From NCBI GenBank assembly GCA_030832185.1, contig JAURJQ010000010.1, forward strand, positions 10,896 through 74,895: DNA of 64,000 nt, in the 5' to 3' direction. This document shows positions 48,948 to 58,596 of this stretch, in pieces (the stretch's first letter is position 1; each line of letters begins with the position of its first letter). Under the pieces are notes generated by a model. It worked only from the letters and a program-made list of their open reading frames with translations. It did no database searches and had not been told where the DNA came from. The DNA comes from Chitinophagales bacterium. GTDB lineage: Bacteria > Bacteroidota > Bacteroidia > Chitinophagales > JADJOU01. Made by a program: the position numbers and the translations under genes.

Positions 48948-49462
48948 TGAGCAGACGGTGGATTAATTTAATAATTATTGGCTTTTCTGTAACTGTAATG
49001 CAAATTTTCATCGGAAGCGGCCTAAATTTTTATGGATTATTTAATCCAAAAATGTATCCTGTTTTTCTCCTTCTATTACCAAGAAATATAAAGCCTGTAT
49101 TTGCCATGCTAATTGGTTTCTTTTATGGTGCTCTGATAGATCTGCTATGCAATACCTATGGATTTGGAATAGCGGCTTCGGTATTTATTTGTTTTATAAA
49201 ACCATATATTTTGAAATTTATTTATAATAAGTCAATAGAAGAGGAGAGTGAGATAAGTGTAAAAGTGCAAGGAGAAAATTTTGTTTTGACTTATTTGTTC
49301 ATCGGATTGTTTTTATTTCATCTATTTTATTTTTTTATAGAGTTAGGTGAACTAGCTAATGTATTTTATATTTTGTTTAAAACAATATTGAGCACTTTAC
49401 TGGCCTTAATACTCTACCTCATTTTCTATATGTTATTTTTTAGTATTCCTAAAAGGAAATGA
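48947..49462 (+). CDS. mreD: Rod shape-determining protein MreD
   Basis: 171-aa polytopic membrane protein. Its ATG shares one nucleotide with the mreC stop (TGATG). The call rests on its position after mreBC. Confidence 0.65.
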   Translation: MSRRWINLIIIGFSVTVMQIFIGSGLNFYGLFNPKMYPVFLLLLPRNIKPVFAMLIGFFYGALIDLLCNTYGFGIAASVFICFIKPYILKFIYNKSIEEESEISVKVQGENFVLTYLFIGLFLFHLFYFFIELGELANVFYILFKTILSTLLALILYLIFYMLFFSIPKRK

Positions 49463-49504
49463 TATCTTAATAGAGCGCTAGTAATTTAATTTATAGAATT
49501 CAGT

Positions 49505-50794
49505 ATGAGTGAAAAATTTAGTAGTGAGAGTTATTTGAGCATGGAGCTTCTTCGCTTCACCACTGCAGGGAGTGTAGATGATGGGAAAAGTACACTCATA
49601 GGAAGATTGCTCTATGATTCGAAATCTATCTTTCAAGACCAAATAGATGCTATAGAGCGCATCAGTATGCGTAAGGGAGAGGAGAAATTAAATCTAGCTT
49701 ATTTTACCGACGGATTGAAAGCAGAATTGGAGCAAGGCATCACAATAGATGTAGCTTACCGCTATTTCGCTACACCCAAGCGAAAATTTATTATAGCAGA
49801 TACCCCAGGTCATATTCAGTACACACGTAATATGGTGACTGGCGCCTCTACTGCTAATCTCGCAATAGTATTAGTAGATGCTCGAAAAGGAATTATAGAG
49901 CAGACCAAGCGTCATTCGCTTATAGCTTCGCTATTGGGGATTCCTCATTTAGCTATCTGTATCAATAAAATGGATTTAGTAAACTGGGATGAAAATATTT
50001 ACGAAAGTATTAAAGTCGCTTATAAAGAATTTGCATCTAAACTCTCTATCCGTGATGTACATTTCATTCCTATCTCTGCCTTGAAGGGAGATAATATCGT
50101 GCATAAATCAGAAAATATGCCTTGGTATGAAGGCACTACACTCATGTATCTTTTAGAAAATATTCATATTGCCAATGATAATAACATGGTGGATGCTCGA
50201 TTTGCGGTGCAAGGAGTGATTCGTCCGCAGTCAGACAAATTCCATGATTTCAGAGCATTTTCAGGGCGTATGCTGGGAGGTATTCTGAGACAAGGAGATA
50301 CTATTACGGTGCTACCTTCTGGATTTACGAGTAAGATAAAATCTATCTATCAAGGTGAAAAAGAAATCAAGGAGGCATTCGTTCCGCAATCTATCTCAAT
50401 ACAACTAGAAGATGAAATAGATATCTCTAGAGGAGATATGATAGTGCGTGAACAGAATCTGCCTAGAAGAAGTCAAGACATAGAAGCTATGATATGCTGG
50501 ATGAGCGAAAAGCCATTGGCTCCCATGCAGAAATATGTCCTAAAACATACTACCAAAGATGTCAAGGCTATGGTAAAATCTATACAATATAAAATGGATA
50601 TTAATAATCTGAGCCGAGTGCCAGATTCAACCTCTTTGGAAATGAATGATATTGGTAGGGTCTTGCTGCGATGTACTTCGGACCTATTTTATGATGCCTA
50701 TTCTAAAAATAGAAATACCGGCAGTTTTATTTTGGTAGATGAAGCCACCAATGTAACCGTAGGAGCAGGCACTATAAAAGATACGACTATCTAG
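49505..50794 (+). CDS. cysN: Sulfate adenylyltransferase subunit 1 (GTPase CysN), no APS-kinase fusion
   Basis: LRFTTAGSVDDGKSTLIGRLL (G1), DTPGH (G3) and NKMD (G4); 429 aa. Confidence 0.9.
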   Translation: MSEKFSSESYLSMELLRFTTAGSVDDGKSTLIGRLLYDSKSIFQDQIDAIERISMRKGEEKLNLAYFTDGLKAELEQGITIDVAYRYFATPKRKFIIADTPGHIQYTRNMVTGASTANLAIVLVDARKGIIEQTKRHSLIASLLGIPHLAICINKMDLVNWDENIYESIKVAYKEFASKLSIRDVHFIPISALKGDNIVHKSENMPWYEGTTLMYLLENIHIANDNNMVDARFAVQGVIRPQSDKFHDFRAFSGRMLGGILRQGDTITVLPSGFTSKIKSIYQGEKEIKEAFVPQSISIQLEDEIDISRGDMIVREQNLPRRSQDIEAMICWMSEKPLAPMQKYVLKHTTKDVKAMVKSIQYKMDINNLSRVPDSTSLEMNDIGRVLLRCTSDLFYDAYSKNRNTGSFILVDEATNVTVGAGTIKDTTI

Positions 50795-50805
50795 CTTCTT
50801 GAAAC

Positions 50806-51381
50806 ATGGAGAAATTGATTTTTGCTACTTCCAATGCGAAAAAAATACAAGAAGTTAGAGGCATATTAGGTTCAAGCTATGAAGTATTGTCACTTGCAGA
50901 TATTAATTTTGAAGGTGAGATACCAGAACCCTTTGATACTATTAGAGAAAACTCTATTCATAAAGCCAATTTCTTTTTTGAAAAAACCAATTTGCCATGT
51001 ATAGCTGAGGATAGCGGATTAGAGGTAGATGCTTTAGATGGAAGACCTAGTGCTTATAGTGCTCGTTATGCTGGAGAGGAACGAAATGATATCACTAATT
51101 ATAAAAAAGTTTTGTCAGAACTCGGCGAATCGGAAAATCGTAAGGCCAGATTCATATCTATCATTACATATAAAAACAAGGAAAGGGAAGACGTGTTTGA
51201 AGGAAATATGGAAGGATGTATAGCAATGAATCCAAGAGGCGAAAATGGATTTGGTTATGATCCGATCTTTATCCCTGACGGCTATACTAAAACAAATGCT
51301 GAGCTAAGTCCCGAAGAGAAAAACGCTATTAGTCATAGAAGAAAAGCTCTGGATGAATTAGTTAGGTATCTAAGAAGATAA
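50806..51381 (+). CDS. rdgB: Non-canonical purine NTP pyrophosphatase (RdgB/HAM1)
   Basis: Motifs FATSNAKKIQE, EDSGLEVDALDGRPSAYSARY, GFGYDPIF and ISHRRKAL. Confidence 0.93.
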   Translation: MEKLIFATSNAKKIQEVRGILGSSYEVLSLADINFEGEIPEPFDTIRENSIHKANFFFEKTNLPCIAEDSGLEVDALDGRPSAYSARYAGEERNDITNYKKVLSELGESENRKARFISIITYKNKEREDVFEGNMEGCIAMNPRGENGFGYDPIFIPDGYTKTNAELSPEEKNAISHRRKALDELVRYLRR

Positions 51382-51393
51382 ATCTGTCCGAGG

Positions 51394-54390
51394 TTATAAC
51401 CCCACCACTTTAAAAAATGCATTGACGAAAAGTGCGCCATTGTTTTTATGTGGAGGGATGTACATTTTAAAATCTTTGTTGCCTCTTAGTTTCATTTCTT
51501 GATCGGCCCAGAATAAAGGCCAGTCTAGGTTTTTATTTGTACGAAGAATTTCACGTATAGATTTAAGCATGGGGTCATTGATACTCATGGTACCTACTTG
51601 CTTAGTAGATAAGATTTGAGCGTCGGGTGACCGAACGAGTAGCTCAGATATTTTATAATATCCCCCACAACTCCCCATAAAAATAAATTTAGGGCTACCT
51701 ACCATCTGATCTATTGTTTTCTGACTATGATAGCTGTGCCCTCTGTGGACGATGATGGATGGCTCCAGATTGTTATATACGAGGTAATCTCTTATCGCTT
51801 GCTGACCGACTGTTTCCTGCTGCGGCTTATTTGCGAATATATCGTAATCATTGCCTTCTAGCGAAGAAATATAGTAGTAACTACCTAAATCTTGGATATA
51901 CCATTTGGGCATGGATCTAAACATTTGAATATAATTATTAAATGAAGCTACACCATCTCCATCATTATAAAAAAAACTGACTTCTATTATTTTATTGTGT
52001 TTTTTCTTCAACTCTGCCACATCTATATAGCTTAGAGAAAATTTAGAAAAGCTTTCCTTTTTTTGCTTGAACCAATCTTGGTGCACGAGCGCTCTATTCC
52101 CAATATTACTCGCTAATAGACTATATACAGCCATAGCTAGTTGATCCTTTCTAGTCTCCGCAAGATCGTATTCAGCTTTGATGATTTTCTGAACTGCTAT
52201 TTGTATCTCAGAATGGTCACAGTTATTGATAAACTCACATAAGACGGCAGCCTCTTCTATGCAATTAATATCGCTGAAGTCTATCTTAGTTAGTTTTTCC
52301 AAAAATTGCTGTCGAGATTCAGGAGTGCTATTTCTGTAAAATAGGTCTGGGAATTTGTGAAAATTGGCCAAGAGGGTGCAAAATTCTCTAAATTTATATT
52401 GATTGACCTTGGGAAGGAAATCTATCATACTGGTCTCTCCTAAATTTTGGATGAAAACGGAGTAGCAGTTGTCAAAAGCAAATTGAAATATTTCTTCTTT
52501 ACCTAGCACCATAAGAGAATAAATCTCCTTAGCATTAAATTGCTTTATCTCACGCAGATTCGGGTGCGACTGCGATGGATTATCATTAATGGACCTAATA
52601 AATTTGAGTGATAACTGATTCTGCTCTTCTTCTACACTATGGATGCCTAGAGGATTTTTCTGAACAGTGATACTCATCAAGGTTTTGAGATATGGCACCT
52701 CAGACTGACCTATTCTATGGGCTTCGTCTATAGTGAGTTCTCTATTCAAGATTTTATGAATGAGTGAATATGCCTTAGTATTATACTGGTATTGATTGAA
52801 TATTCCTACGATGGTTTTAGGAATAGGCTCGGTCGATGCTTGTATGGTTTTCGCAATAACATTGTCAGAGTTTCCTAAATATTTTTTTATTGAGTTGGGA
52901 GAGAAATAGGCTAATTTATTGAGTATGTTGGGAAATTCAAGTAGGTTTTTAAGGGTTTCTTTATTTTTCAGTATAATATGAGGATGATAGGCAGCTAGAT
53001 AATCTATGAATCGATTACCTATTGGACTTTTAATAATTGATAATAGGTTGCTATCTATTTTATTGATATTTCTAGCCCAAGATAGAAGTGAAAGTTGTGT
53101 TTTATTAAGGTGAAAGGTATTGGTAATCGCTTTGGTTAATTCTTGCTTTTTCTGCTTTATTTCATTTTCGTAATTATATTTTCGTTTGAACCAATCTTCA
53201 TTTTTATGTGGTAGTCTAGTTTTAGAATTATCTAGTACTTGTATACAATGATTTAGACCATTTTCAGTTAAGATTTTTTTCAGATCATTTTCAAGATTTG
53301 ACTCGAATATTTTATTGATGAAATTAATGAGAATAGATTCTGGGAGTATTTGTAAAAACTCATCAGAAATTAAATCGTCATCAAATTTTGAAAGATACTT
53401 TAAAATAGCAGTAAGTTCACTAGTATTGGCAGTCTCATTTTTGAGAACCATAAGTAAGAAAATTTCCTGCGTGCTAAATTGACTTAATACTGATTCTCCA
53501 TTGTCAAAATATTCATCAAATACCCAATCTCCTTTTTTAGAGAGAAATTGCATGGCTGAAATACGCGCATAGGCAGTAGTATCTATAGTGGCAGCCAGTA
53601 GTTTCTTAGTTAATATGTATTGATTCGATTTGAATTCCCACTCATGTGAGTCATTAAATGAATTTTTGATAATGTCATCTAGAAGATAGTAAAGCTCAGA
53701 ATTAATACCCATACGGGATTTTATTTCAAGCACTTTTTTCACAATCTGACTGCTGGAATTGGATGCTAAATCTGCTAAATATGTATTTTTCTCTAATTGT
53801 CTTAGCCACGGAATGGGGTCTAAACTGATAATTAAATCCATAATCTGACCTAGATCGATTATCTGACCGAAATCCTCTATCTGACTGTAGAATGACCGTG
53901 GATTCTCAATAGCCATTTGTATGAGAAATTGTTTCACCTCGGGGTCTTTATTTAAATAGGGTATGGCTTTTAACGCATCTTGAAAATTTTGCTTTAAGAA
54001 GACAGTCAGACTACCTTGATGCTTGTAGTAAAATATGGAAGGCATAAGGCGTATGGCTCGCCTGTAGTCGTGTTCTTCTAGTTTTTTAGCTGCGTATAGA
54101 TTGAGATTCACATCTTTTATGAGCAGGTAGAGATAATCATAATAAATGAGTTTCTCCGAATCTTTATATTGGTCTGTAATGGCCAATGATACCAGTGCCT
54201 CCTCAAAGTCATTGAAAAAAAGAGAATCTTTACTAGTATAGGTTATAGTGGCTTTTAAATATTCGGCTTCAATATTTGACAATAGCTCTGTTTCTCTGTT
54301 CGGTGTTTCCGCAGACCAGCCTTGAGTGGCGATAAAAGTTAATAAAAATAGTCCTATTTGTTTCACATCAAGTGCACTAAGGCTTTGCAA
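51394..54390 (-). CDS. Large secreted hypothetical protein: ~800-aa helical region plus a C-terminal alpha/beta domain with a His/Cys pair
   Basis: The tracked start is TTG. An in-frame GTG at 54366 gives MKQIGLFLLTFIATQGWSAE, a signal-peptide-like N-terminus. No family motif recognised. The C-terminus has PSIIVHRGHSY (H882/H885) and PKFIFMGSCGGYY (C908). Confidence 0.7.
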   Translation of the reverse strand: MQSLSALDVKQIGLFLLTFIATQGWSAETPNRETELLSNIEAEYLKATITYTSKDSLFFNDFEEALVSLAITDQYKDSEKLIYYDYLYLLIKDVNLNLYAAKKLEEHDYRRAIRLMPSIFYYKHQGSLTVFLKQNFQDALKAIPYLNKDPEVKQFLIQMAIENPRSFYSQIEDFGQIIDLGQIMDLIISLDPIPWLRQLEKNTYLADLASNSSSQIVKKVLEIKSRMGINSELYYLLDDIIKNSFNDSHEWEFKSNQYILTKKLLAATIDTTAYARISAMQFLSKKGDWVFDEYFDNGESVLSQFSTQEIFLLMVLKNETANTSELTAILKYLSKFDDDLISDEFLQILPESILINFINKIFESNLENDLKKILTENGLNHCIQVLDNSKTRLPHKNEDWFKRKYNYENEIKQKKQELTKAITNTFHLNKTQLSLLSWARNINKIDSNLLSIIKSPIGNRFIDYLAAYHPHIILKNKETLKNLLEFPNILNKLAYFSPNSIKKYLGNSDNVIAKTIQASTEPIPKTIVGIFNQYQYNTKAYSLIHKILNRELTIDEAHRIGQSEVPYLKTLMSITVQKNPLGIHSVEEEQNQLSLKFIRSINDNPSQSHPNLREIKQFNAKEIYSLMVLGKEEIFQFAFDNCYSVFIQNLGETSMIDFLPKVNQYKFREFCTLLANFHKFPDLFYRNSTPESRQQFLEKLTKIDFSDINCIEEAAVLCEFINNCDHSEIQIAVQKIIKAEYDLAETRKDQLAMAVYSLLASNIGNRALVHQDWFKQKKESFSKFSLSYIDVAELKKKHNKIIEVSFFYNDGDGVASFNNYIQMFRSMPKWYIQDLGSYYYISSLEGNDYDIFANKPQQETVGQQAIRDYLVYNNLEPSIIVHRGHSYHSQKTIDQMVGSPKFIFMGSCGGYYKISELLVRSPDAQILSTKQVGTMSINDPMLKSIREILRTNKNLDWPLFWADQEMKLRGNKDFKMYIPPHKNNGALFVNAFFKVVGL

Positions 54391-54528
54391 AATAACTCAA
54401 ATTTTACCATTCGACTTGGAGTAGTTTTTTTTTATTCACAGGTGTATAGAATTGCATAGGTTTTATCATTTTGAATATAAAGCATATCTTTACGTAAAAT
54501 TGAGAATTATAGTTAGATAATTTCCTTA

Positions 54529-55554
54529 ATGCAAGCCGATTTAGCCTCCTTACGAAGATTTATGAAAAATAAACTAGCCCTATTTGGCGGGGGCTTTATT
54601 GTCATACTGATCCTGCTGAGTCTTATAGGGCATAAGCTGGTAACCAATACTAGCCCTGATGCGAATAATCAAAACTTGAGTCTTCGCTTTAAAAAACCTG
54701 GATATACCACTTATTATTTAGTCGTTCTCTCTAAAGATAATAGTGATATAGATCAGCTCATTCTTCTAGATAGTTTTTATCATAATCAGAATGGTCTAAA
54801 TTATAAGAAATATAATTCTTCTGATTGGAAGTTAAGTGTCTTGGATTCAGAAATGAGTATTCGAAAAACAGTGTTTTATCTAGGAGCAGATAGTCTGGGA
54901 AGAGACGTATTATGTAGATTAATACATGGTGCTCGAATTTCATTACAAGTGGGCTTCATTGCTGTTATTATTTCTTTACTTATTGGGGTCTTTGCTGGCA
55001 GCATAGCGGGTTATTATGGTGGTTGGAGAGATCAGGTAGTCCTGTATTGGATGAATGTATTCTGGGCTATTCCTACTGTGCTATTGGCCATGGTTTTACT
55101 TATCAGTTATAAAGGGACGAATGAACATCAAATTTATATTGTATTTCTGGCCGTAGGACTCACCATGTGGGTAGATACTGCACGATTGATTCGTGGTCTT
55201 TTCCTTCAGTTCAAAGAGAGGCAATTCGTAGAAGCCACCAGATCCTTGGGTTTTTCAGATAGTCGTATTATATTTCGTCATATTCTGCCGAATACTTTAC
55301 CTTCATTAATCGTGATGACCGCATCTAATTTTGCTTCAGCTATACTTATGGAGTCAGGATTGAGTTATCTGGGTCTGGGAGTTCAGCCCCCAGCACCTTC
55401 TTGGGGATCTATGTTGAGAGAATACTATAGCTACTTAGGCACCGATGTTTCTTATTTAGCCATTTTCCCTGGTTTAGCTATCACCCTAGCTGTTTTTTCT
55501 TTTTATTCACTGGGCAATGGTTTGCGAGATTCATGGGATATAAAAGGAGCGTAA
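54529..55554 (+). CDS. ABC transporter permease, DppC/OppC type
   Basis: Motifs LGADSLGRDVLCRLIHGARISL and the EAA-loop region FVEATRSLGFSDSRIIFRHILPN. No partner permease, ATPase or binding protein is adjacent. Confidence 0.85.
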   Translation: MQADLASLRRFMKNKLALFGGGFIVILILLSLIGHKLVTNTSPDANNQNLSLRFKKPGYTTYYLVVLSKDNSDIDQLILLDSFYHNQNGLNYKKYNSSDWKLSVLDSEMSIRKTVFYLGADSLGRDVLCRLIHGARISLQVGFIAVIISLLIGVFAGSIAGYYGGWRDQVVLYWMNVFWAIPTVLLAMVLLISYKGTNEHQIYIVFLAVGLTMWVDTARLIRGLFLQFKERQFVEATRSLGFSDSRIIFRHILPNTLPSLIVMTASNFASAILMESGLSYLGLGVQPPAPSWGSMLREYYSYLGTDVSYLAIFPGLAITLAVFSFYSLGNGLRDSWDIKGA

Positions 55555-55604
55555 TTAGTTGTTGGTCTGGATAGCTTGGAGCTTAGGTATAAAATAATTG
55601 TTTT

Positions 55605-57542
55605 TTATAATTCTTCCATAAACTCCCAGGCGCTTTTATATGCATTATGCGCATGGCAGTAGTCTAGCCATTGGTTATAGAAATTGTCTTGCGACAGCGT
55701 AGCGCTATCTCCTATGACTATAAGCATTTTTCTAGCACGGGTGAGGGCCACATTTATGCGTCTATAGTCTTTCAGAAAACCAATATTCCCCTCGTCATTC
55801 GATCGTACTAGGCTTATGCAAATAATATCTCGTTCCTGACCTTGGAATGAATCTATGGTAGATATATCAATGTCATAGCTCAACTTGAGTTGAGAAAATT
55901 CTCTATCATAAGATTTCATATACTCCACCTGCTCTTTATAAGGCGCTATGACCCCTACGCTGATATGGTCATATTGATATTTCAATTCGAGCAATCTCTG
56001 ACTGAGATAATCAAATAAAAGTTTGGTCTCTTCTGGATTGTAAAGACTTTCTGAATGTTCATTTCTCTTCTCATTAAATCCGCATCCTGCAGTGTCTATA
56101 AAAACTAGCGAAGGGTAGCGTTTATCTTGAATTTGAAAATAATGTTCTTCTGTATTCGCGGCTGCTTTCAGTTTATTTTCATAGAATACTAAATTGCTAA
56201 AGCCTATGATTTCTTCCTTCATGCGGTACTGCGTGTCTAGCAGAAATACTCTATTCTTTATCTGAAACCCTATATCCATGAGTGTAGTCGCTAGTCCTTG
56301 TCTTTCAGCTTCCTGACTTTTTATAGTGGGAGGCAGCTGAAAAGGGTCTCCTGCTAGGATTACTTTTTCAGCTTTAAGAATTGGAATCCATGTGGCAGGC
56401 TCGAGAGCTTGAGATACCTCATCTATTACGAGTGTTTTAAACTTGAGGTCTTTCAGGTAATGCTGTTGACACCCTACTAGTGTAGTGCAAATCACCTGGG
56501 ACTCTTCTAATATTTTTTTTACCAGATAGTCTTCAATCCATCGGATATGTTTATGGATTTCTTTCGCCTCGTGCAGGAGGAGTCTGCGCTGCTCGCGCTC
56601 GTCTGGTCCGAATTGACGTTTGTATTTATTCGCCATTTTCCGATACTCGTCCGCTTTTTTTCTTAGCTTTTTGATTTCTACCATTTCTAGAGAAGCATCA
56701 ATTTTAGCATCCAGAGTTTGGGAAAGTATATCTTCGTTCACCCTAGAAATATTACCGACGCGAAGTGTCTTTAATCCTATTCCAGCTAGCTTCTCTACTA
56801 GCAAGTCTGTGGCACTATTGCTAGGAGAACAGACTAGGATTTGGGATTCTTTTTTAGTTAATTGATAGATGCCTTCCACCAGCGTAGTTGTTTTTCCAGT
56901 ACCTGGAGGGCCATGAATGATAAGAAAATCCTCAGTACCTAAAATGTTTTCTATAGCAAAGATTTGGCTAGGATTTAGGCTTGTATTCTTGGGGATAAAA
57001 GAGATGGACTGAATAGGTGTTGTAGTTTTCAATCCATAAAATTTATCTCGCAATGCGGCTATAGGATGGGGAGGACTCGCTTTTTCTACTTCAGCTAATG
57101 CACGGCACATTTCTTTATACGATTTTTCATCAAAATCTGCAGCTACTCCTATTTTGCCATCCTGATACCAGTCTGGAAAGTAGTCGTCTTCTAATATTAT
57201 CTTCATCTGATAGCTGGAGATGAGGTAGATGCTTGCTCTGACAGAGTTCGAATGAATATTGCCATCTAGATTCTGAAAAAGACGAATTATAGAGCCACTC
57301 TTAAATTGATGAGGCACTAGTTTGTCCTCCGCTATTTCTATCGTAAGAAAGGGATATTCGCCTACAGTATAACCAGTTTCATTGATTCTGAGCGGATACC
57401 AAACCAGTCCTTTGGCTACAAGTTCCTTAACGGATAGTTTTTTCAGCGTATCCTCATAGATAGCTTTGTCGTGCTGAAACTCTGTTTGGATGGCTTGTAC
57501 TAATTTCTCTAGTCGTTCTATTCGTGGAGCAGACATATACAT
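55605..57542 (-). CDS. Superfamily-1 helicase, IGHMBP2/Upf1-like (AAA_11/AAA_12)
   Basis: Walker A IHGPPGTGKTT and motif II LVIDEVSQ, followed by LAGDPFQLPP, FQGQERDIICISLVRSN and NVALTRARK. Confidence 0.88.
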   Translation of the reverse strand: MYMSAPRIERLEKLVQAIQTEFQHDKAIYEDTLKKLSVKELVAKGLVWYPLRINETGYTVGEYPFLTIEIAEDKLVPHQFKSGSIIRLFQNLDGNIHSNSVRASIYLISSYQMKIILEDDYFPDWYQDGKIGVAADFDEKSYKEMCRALAEVEKASPPHPIAALRDKFYGLKTTTPIQSISFIPKNTSLNPSQIFAIENILGTEDFLIIHGPPGTGKTTTLVEGIYQLTKKESQILVCSPSNSATDLLVEKLAGIGLKTLRVGNISRVNEDILSQTLDAKIDASLEMVEIKKLRKKADEYRKMANKYKRQFGPDEREQRRLLLHEAKEIHKHIRWIEDYLVKKILEESQVICTTLVGCQQHYLKDLKFKTLVIDEVSQALEPATWIPILKAEKVILAGDPFQLPPTIKSQEAERQGLATTLMDIGFQIKNRVFLLDTQYRMKEEIIGFSNLVFYENKLKAAANTEEHYFQIQDKRYPSLVFIDTAGCGFNEKRNEHSESLYNPEETKLLFDYLSQRLLELKYQYDHISVGVIAPYKEQVEYMKSYDREFSQLKLSYDIDISTIDSFQGQERDIICISLVRSNDEGNIGFLKDYRRINVALTRARKMLIVIGDSATLSQDNFYNQWLDYCHAHNAYKSAWEFMEEL

Positions 57543-57753
57543 CGTAAAAATAGGTTATCTGGAGAAATGATCTCGAGTAATTTACCTCAGGAAACTTTCG
57601 GCTGCGTAATTCCTCACTTTACTAATCGCAAAATCGGTCATTTTGGCACTTTGAAATCAGGGAAAATAGAGGGAACTAGATACAAACTATAACTATTCAT
57701 TACTGGAAAATAAGTTCTTTCTATTTTTACAAAACTAAAATTTAAAATCATTC

Positions 57754-58569
57754 ATGCGGATTGATAATCGTTTTTTGCTCATTATCCTCCTTATCTTTGT
57801 CTATCTCTACGGTTGGCAGTTTTTAGCATGGGAATTTGATTATCAAAAACTAATCGCTATATTTTTATTTGGATTATTAACCCAAGTGCTTTTTTGCCTG
57901 GCTTTCAAGATTCCAGTCAATGCACTTATAAGCACAGTCATTACCACTATGCTTATGGGTCTACTCATTCGCACTGAATTTATCTTCATCTGTGGAATGA
58001 TCTCCTTTTTTGCGGTAGCTTCGAAATATATCTTCCAGTTTAGAGGTAAGCATTTATTCAACCCAGCAAATTTCGGTTTAGTATTTATGATGCTTTTTAC
58101 TAATCAGGCTTTTATCACCAATCATCGTGCAGATCATATATTGATTGGGTTTTTTGTTTTAGGTAGCTTAGCTATTCTATATCGTACCAATCGTCGAAAG
58201 TTAGATGTCATTGTTGCTTTTATTTTTTTCAGCTTATTGGCTAGAGGTTTTGTTTCTAGTATTGGTATGGATTCTGCGCTGCTTTATGCGCAGGAGGTAT
58301 GGTATCTTATTTATGTCTTTTTGCTTATCGCAGATCCTCTGTCAAATCCAAATAGCAGAATAGGTCGTATGTCTTGGGTATTTATTATCGTGCTGAGTAC
58401 TCAGATTTTTGTCTATGGTTTAGGGGTTCAATATGGTCATTTTTATGCATTAGCTGTTGCAGGTCTATTTATGCCACTTATTGATTATGTATGTAAAAAA
58501 GAGGCAGTTTTCTCATGGGATTCTGTCTATAAAAGAGAACTCCATTCCAATGCAGTATTGCCTAGTTAA
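57754..58569 (+). CDS. Polytopic membrane protein, weakly NqrB/RnfD-like
   Basis: ~8 TM segments. GKHLFNPANFGLVFMMLF resembles the H-x-FNPA-x-G block of the NQR2/RnfD family. No other support. Confidence 0.35.
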   Translation: MRIDNRFLLIILLIFVYLYGWQFLAWEFDYQKLIAIFLFGLLTQVLFCLAFKIPVNALISTVITTMLMGLLIRTEFIFICGMISFFAVASKYIFQFRGKHLFNPANFGLVFMMLFTNQAFITNHRADHILIGFFVLGSLAILYRTNRRKLDVIVAFIFFSLLARGFVSSIGMDSALLYAQEVWYLIYVFLLIADPLSNPNSRIGRMSWVFIIVLSTQIFVYGLGVQYGHFYALAVAGLFMPLIDYVCKKEAVFSWDSVYKRELHSNAVLPS

Positions 58570-58596
58570 TTTTTTCGGACAAAATTTATATCTTAC

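Noticed and set aside
53833-53868. In-frame 18-nt tandem duplication (GQIIDL-GQIMDL) inside the 998-aa gene
   Set aside because: Only two imperfect copies are present. It is most simply a small replication-slippage duplication with no evident function.
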